A DNA stretch of 64,000 nucleotides, from positions 10,912,001 to 10,976,000 of the forward strand of contig NC_047071.1 in the NCBI RefSeq assembly GCF_902459465.1, written 5' to 3'. Both the position numbers and the translations under genes were made by a program. The notes under the pieces were generated by a model. That model saw nothing but the letters and a program-made list of their open reading frames with translations. It ran no database searches and was not told the origin of the DNA. This DNA comes from Asterias rubens. Lineage: Eukaryota. Shown piece by piece: positions 59,881 through 64,000 of this stretch (position 1 is the stretch's first letter; each line of letters begins with the position of its first letter).

Positions 59881-60534
59881 TGTAGTTTTTATTTATGCCA
59901 CTATAGGGACCCCGGTACACCGGAGCAAGAACCACGCCGTGCGTGAGAGGCTTGACGCGGCAGACCGAACACCCGTCTCCCGCCCTCCCCCTGCAACCCA
60001 AAATCGATACCAAACACAACGAGGGGGGAATCTCCCGCCAAAAAGGCTACAGCACCCATAGCAACGTGTATGTATTGATCATTGGATATGTATTGTTGTA
60101 CACGGCGAAGGTGTGAAGATGGGAAAGAGGTTCCCTTTGTTTTATGTAAACATACACCGTTGGTTTTTTTGTTGTGTGTGTTTGTTGGTTAAGGCATAAT
60201 TAGGTCAGACGCCCATCGGGACAATTTGGGGTTAACGATTTTTGTTCTCCCTCTTCTCGTGGGTTTGTTGTTGACACGCCCAGGGCGGCCCGTTGAAATG
60301 GACATTTTCCCTGGTCAGGGAAGGGCCGAAGCAGCAGGGACTAGGGTAGATCTGTGGAGGGATACAGTATTGACTAAGTTGTTGTCCACGAATGTAGCAG
60401 ACGGCACGATCGAAATAGACCACCCACCGCATACATAACTGTTAACGCTGCCAGTGTACTGTGTCTTTTGCACTACACTCCAATAATAATATAACGGTTA
60501 ACCCGCAACGTAACATCAGAGAGTTAAGTAGAAC

Positions 60535-60650
60535 TTGAAACTTTACATTGTGAAATTACGATGTGAGGTTTGCGGTTACACCATCTAGGTCTAGTAATAA
60601 TCCTTCTCCAGAAGACGATCAAAGCATACTTATCGAAACGTCGAGTTGTA
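60535..60650 (+). mobile_element. Hammerhead-bearing element copy with an inverted tail
   Basis: CTC-CAGAAGAC-GATCAA-AGCATA-CTTATC-GAAAC-GTC-GAG (60606-60645), preceded by the family tail in the opposite orientation. Confidence 0.7.
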
Positions 60651-61652
60651 CTATGTGTCTTCTGTACTATCCTTGATATCCCGTAGTGGACCATACCAAA
60701 TATCTAAAAGGGGGTCAGGTCACAGGAAATAGTAATTAGATATAGTATTGGACTGTTTTAGATATTAACAGATAATAACATATAAAAGTACGAACACTAC
60801 ATTAAATTAAAATCAAGAAACACCGAGCTGGCACAAACATTATGGCAAGATAATGACAATAGTGAGTATACAGTGTTTCACACTCATGGATAAAACACAA
60901 AATGCATAGGCGTCTGAAAATACATAGGCGTCTGAAAGCATAACAATTGTTGCAACAATAGTTATTTTTTTCTTCTTTCATCTTTTTCTTGCAACTTCGA
61001 TGACCAATTGAGTCAAATTTTTCACAGGTTTGTGGTACACCAAGTGAGAATACTGGTCTTTGACAAGTGAGAATACTGGTCTTTGACAACTACCAAAGGT
61101 TCCCAGTGCCTTTTAAATGTGGATTTTGTAAAGCCGCTCTTCCTATAATCAACCATACGTTTAACTAGTGATGTTCACGGGGGAAAGGCTCACATGCTCC
61201 CGACGACACTTTGGTAATTTGATAATTACCAGAAGGTATTGGAAACATGCAAGCTGTAATTAGGGTTATTGTTCTTCCCTAATGCGTCAGCCGATCATTA
61301 ATTGGAAAAAAAAGAGAACGAGAGAGAGAGAGAGAGAGAGAGTTAATTTTCTTTTTGTATCGAAGCCCTCAAAAGGAACACATTTGCAGTTGCTAAGCAG
61401 TGCTGTCATGACCATTCGCGCCACGTACGTATATAAACAATCTCCAATCATTACCCGCTTATTGTGTTCATGTAGCGGTTGCCTAGCAACAGTCGCCCTG
61501 GAATCGTATTACCCTTGACTGGTTGTCTTTTTTTTCTGTGTCTTCTTTTATTTTCCCGCCAATAACGATGGGAGCAGACGATCGGTGCTTGATAATGACA
61601 CGCAGTTTCATTTACCTTGGCGGCTTGAAACCTGCCTCAACAGAATGTGTGT

Positions 61653-62393
61653 TTAAAGGCACTAGACACTATTGGTAATTACTCAAAACAATTGTTAGCA
61701 TGAACAGTTACTTGGTATTACGAACAATGGAGAGCTGTTGATAGTCTAACACATTGTGAGAATGAGAAACGGCTCTCTCTGAAGTAACTCAGTTTTTGAG
61801 AAAGAGGTAATTTCTCACTCAACTATTAAAGGAACACGTTGCCTTGGATCGGTCGAGTTGGTCTTTGGGAAGCATTTGTAACTGTTTGTTATAAAATGCA
61901 TATGGATAGAAAGATGTTGTAAAAGTAGAATACAATGATATGATCCACACAAACATGCCTCTTAATTGCACGGTTTTCCTTTTACCTCGTCGACTAACAC
62001 GGTCGGCCATTTATGGGAGTCAAAAATTTGACTCCCATAAATGGCCGACCGTGTTAGTTCGCACAGTGAAAAGAAAACCACGCAATTTCGAGGCAAATAT
62101 GTGTGGATCATTGTATTCTACTTTTAAAACATCCTTCCAACCATACGCATTTTATAAAAAACGGTTACAAACCCTTTTTATAGACAAACTCGTCCGATCC
62201 AACAGGCCTGAAGCCTTTTTATTATGCGTCTGAAAGCACCCAAATTTGAGCACAGTGTGCCTTTTTCTTTCAATATTCTATGGCAACGTCGATGACCATT
62301 TTCCACAGGTTTGTTATATAAATGCATAAGTTGGGATACACCGAGTGAGAATACTGGTCTATGACAATTACCACACGAGTCAAGTGCCTTTAA
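61653..62393. mobile_element. Family A MITE containing a nested family B MITE (61826-~62202)
   Basis: Outer TTAA-AGGCACTAGACAC...GTGCCT-TTAA; inner TTAA-AGGAACACGTTG palindrome lacking its right tip. Confidence 0.8.
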
Positions 62394-62757
62394 TGATGAT
62401 GATGATTCGATGACATATTATTTCACCCTTGAACATACACACGCAATTCCGTAGGCACGTGTGAGTATACAAACAAATTAAGATGGCGAATTGAGGGTAT
62501 TGCGTGTACATTTTAAATTTGGTTAACCGCACCGCGGCACCAAAATTCCTCTTGTAGGCTTAGATCTGACTTTTGACGTTAGTTTCATGCGACAAAATGA
62601 CGGGGCACGCTTATAACACGGATGTTTCCAAGCGCAAATTCAGCCTTTGCATGCAAGGTGTGTGAGACTACGTTTGACTTATAATTATTTGAAAGGTGCG
62701 AATTCGACTTGATTACTTTCTTCCACATGTCTTTGCAAATTAATCGGTACGCGCATT

Positions 62758-62908
62758 TAGGATTGCGTTTTGGCGACCCCCGCCAAAGCGGACTCAACAA
62801 GTCGGTCACCGGTTGGTCTGAACAGCATCGTCACCGCGCTCAACCGAACACGCGAACACGCTCAACCGATGACCACTGTTCTGGTTGGGGTCGCCAAAAC
62901 GCACTCTA
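62758..62908. mobile_element. MITE with Harbinger-like ends
   Basis: GCGTTTTGGCGACCCC / GGGGTCGCCAAAACGC perfect 16-bp inverted repeat. Confidence 0.65.
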
Positions 62909-63130
62909 GGCTTGGAATGATGTGCATGCTGGTTTAGCTTTACCGATCAAGTTTGATAGCTAGCTCGACCACCATGCACCACATTCAACAGTTTAGCGCT
63001 TGCGAAATGGGTATTTGGGAAAAGGTCTCATAGACAAAAAACATGTGACGTCATCCAACCGTGGAGCTACACGGATGCCATGCAGGCTATGTTGCCGTGG
63101 TATTGGGTGTTATTGCACCTTTAAATAAGG

Positions 63131-63277
63131 GAATCAACGTGTGGTGAAGAGGTTTTCAACTAGTGGTTTAAACCAAACGAGGCCTGGTTCTTGATAATTT
63201 TACCGAGACGAAGTCAAGAACCAGGCCTCGGTGGGTTTAAACCACTAGTTGAAAACCTCTTCACCACACGTTGATTC
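63131..63277. repeat. 147-bp hairpin (44-bp + 17-bp perfect arms, 19-nt loop)
   Basis: 63131-63174 pairs with 63234-63277; 63178-63194 pairs with 63214-63230. Confidence 0.9.
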
Positions 63278-63380
63278 AACGCACTTGGAATTCATAAATA
63301 CATTTTCGGTCAAAAAACTTCAAAACGTTTTGGTCAAAAGTAAAATAAATGCAAAAATTATAATTGTTCAATGATTTCTT

Positions 63381-63751
63381 TTAAAGCCATTTGACCCTTT
63401 CGGTTTAGAAAAAAAAAAGTTCACAGATTTACAAATAACTTACAGGGTTTACAGAAGGTAGTGGTGAAAGACTTCTCTTGAAATATCATTCCATGAAATG
63501 CTTTACTTTTTGAGAAAACAGCAAAACGATATCAATTCTCGTTAACGAGAATTACGGATTTATTTTAAACACATGTCATGACACGGCGAAACGCGCGGAA
63601 ACAAGGGTGGGTTTTCCCGTTATTTTCTCCCGACTCCGATGACCGATTGAGCCTAAATTTTCACAGGTTCTGTTATTTGATATAGAAGTTGTGGTACACG
63701 AAGTGTGGGCCTTGGACAATACTGTTTACCGAAAGGGTCCAATGGCTTTAA
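63381..63751. mobile_element. Kolobok/T2-type MITE family D
   Basis: TTAA-AGCCATTTGACCCTTTCGGT ... ACCGAAAGGGTCCAATGGCT-TTAA. Confidence 0.8.
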
Positions 63752-63774
63752 CACAACCCCCTCAAGCTATGAAA

Positions 63775-64000
63775 TGGTAAAGCCCGCCGCCGCCGCCCTC
63801 GGGTAAACAACTCCTTATAAGGAGATTGATGTGCGCGTCGCGCGTATCGCGTGACGTGGCAGAACTGTTCCAGCCGTTGCTCTCGACCAATAAGAATGAA
63901 GAAACTGTCCCGCTCACAACCAGTTATAAAGACTGGTCATTATCAAAGGTTTGTACACCCCACGTGACGCGCTCTCAACAAATATGAATAGCGAAACTGT
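63775..64000. promoter_or_regulatory. CpG-rich promoter-like segment at the window edge
   Basis: (GCC)n, CGCGCG runs, TGACGTGG, CCAAT (63887) and CACGTGAC (63961). Confidence 0.45.

Noticed and set aside
59900-60440. GC-richer segments with 66-77 aa ORFs
   Set aside because: No recognisable LINE or protein motif; cannot be assigned from sequence alone.

Overview
AT-rich, intron-containing animal genomic DNA. The dense MITE/SINE landscape and gene style suggest a marine invertebrate deuterostome such as a sea star (inference, not verified). Five spliced protein-coding genes can be assembled with canonical GT-AG junctions and consistent phases: FBXO22-like F-box/FIST gene (- strand, 5 exons, 4311-7939, 409 aa), head-to-head with a CCDC192-like coiled-coil gene (+, 7 exons, 8689-16812, 506 aa); a compact FAM184-like gene (+, 3 exons, 19139-22025, 392 aa); a KLF9/13-type zinc-finger transcription factor (+, 2 exons, 28866-38654, 279 aa); and a 10-LRR protein with an acidic tail (+, 2 exons, 43295-44819, 304 aa). 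CCDC192 intron 4 holds a 5'-truncated Penelope-like retroelement (RT + GIY-YIG) that split a MITE with a 13-bp TSD and ends in a variant minimal hammerhead-ribozyme fold. A second, dispersed family of short hammerhead-like elements occurs five times, one copy with a 16-bp TSD. Other notable structures are nested Ginger1-like MITEs (TGT...ACA ends, CCGG/CCGC TSDs), many TTAA-flanked Kolobok/T2-type MITEs, a 152-bp minisatellite rich in AP-1 sites, a 173-bp near-perfect palindrome, tandem copies of the FBXO22 stop-codon region, an E-box/D-box-rich KLF intron, RFX X-box and CTCF-like motifs, and a candidate unannotated exon pair at 48.8-49.0 kb. Family assignments rest on recalled motifs; no database searches were run.
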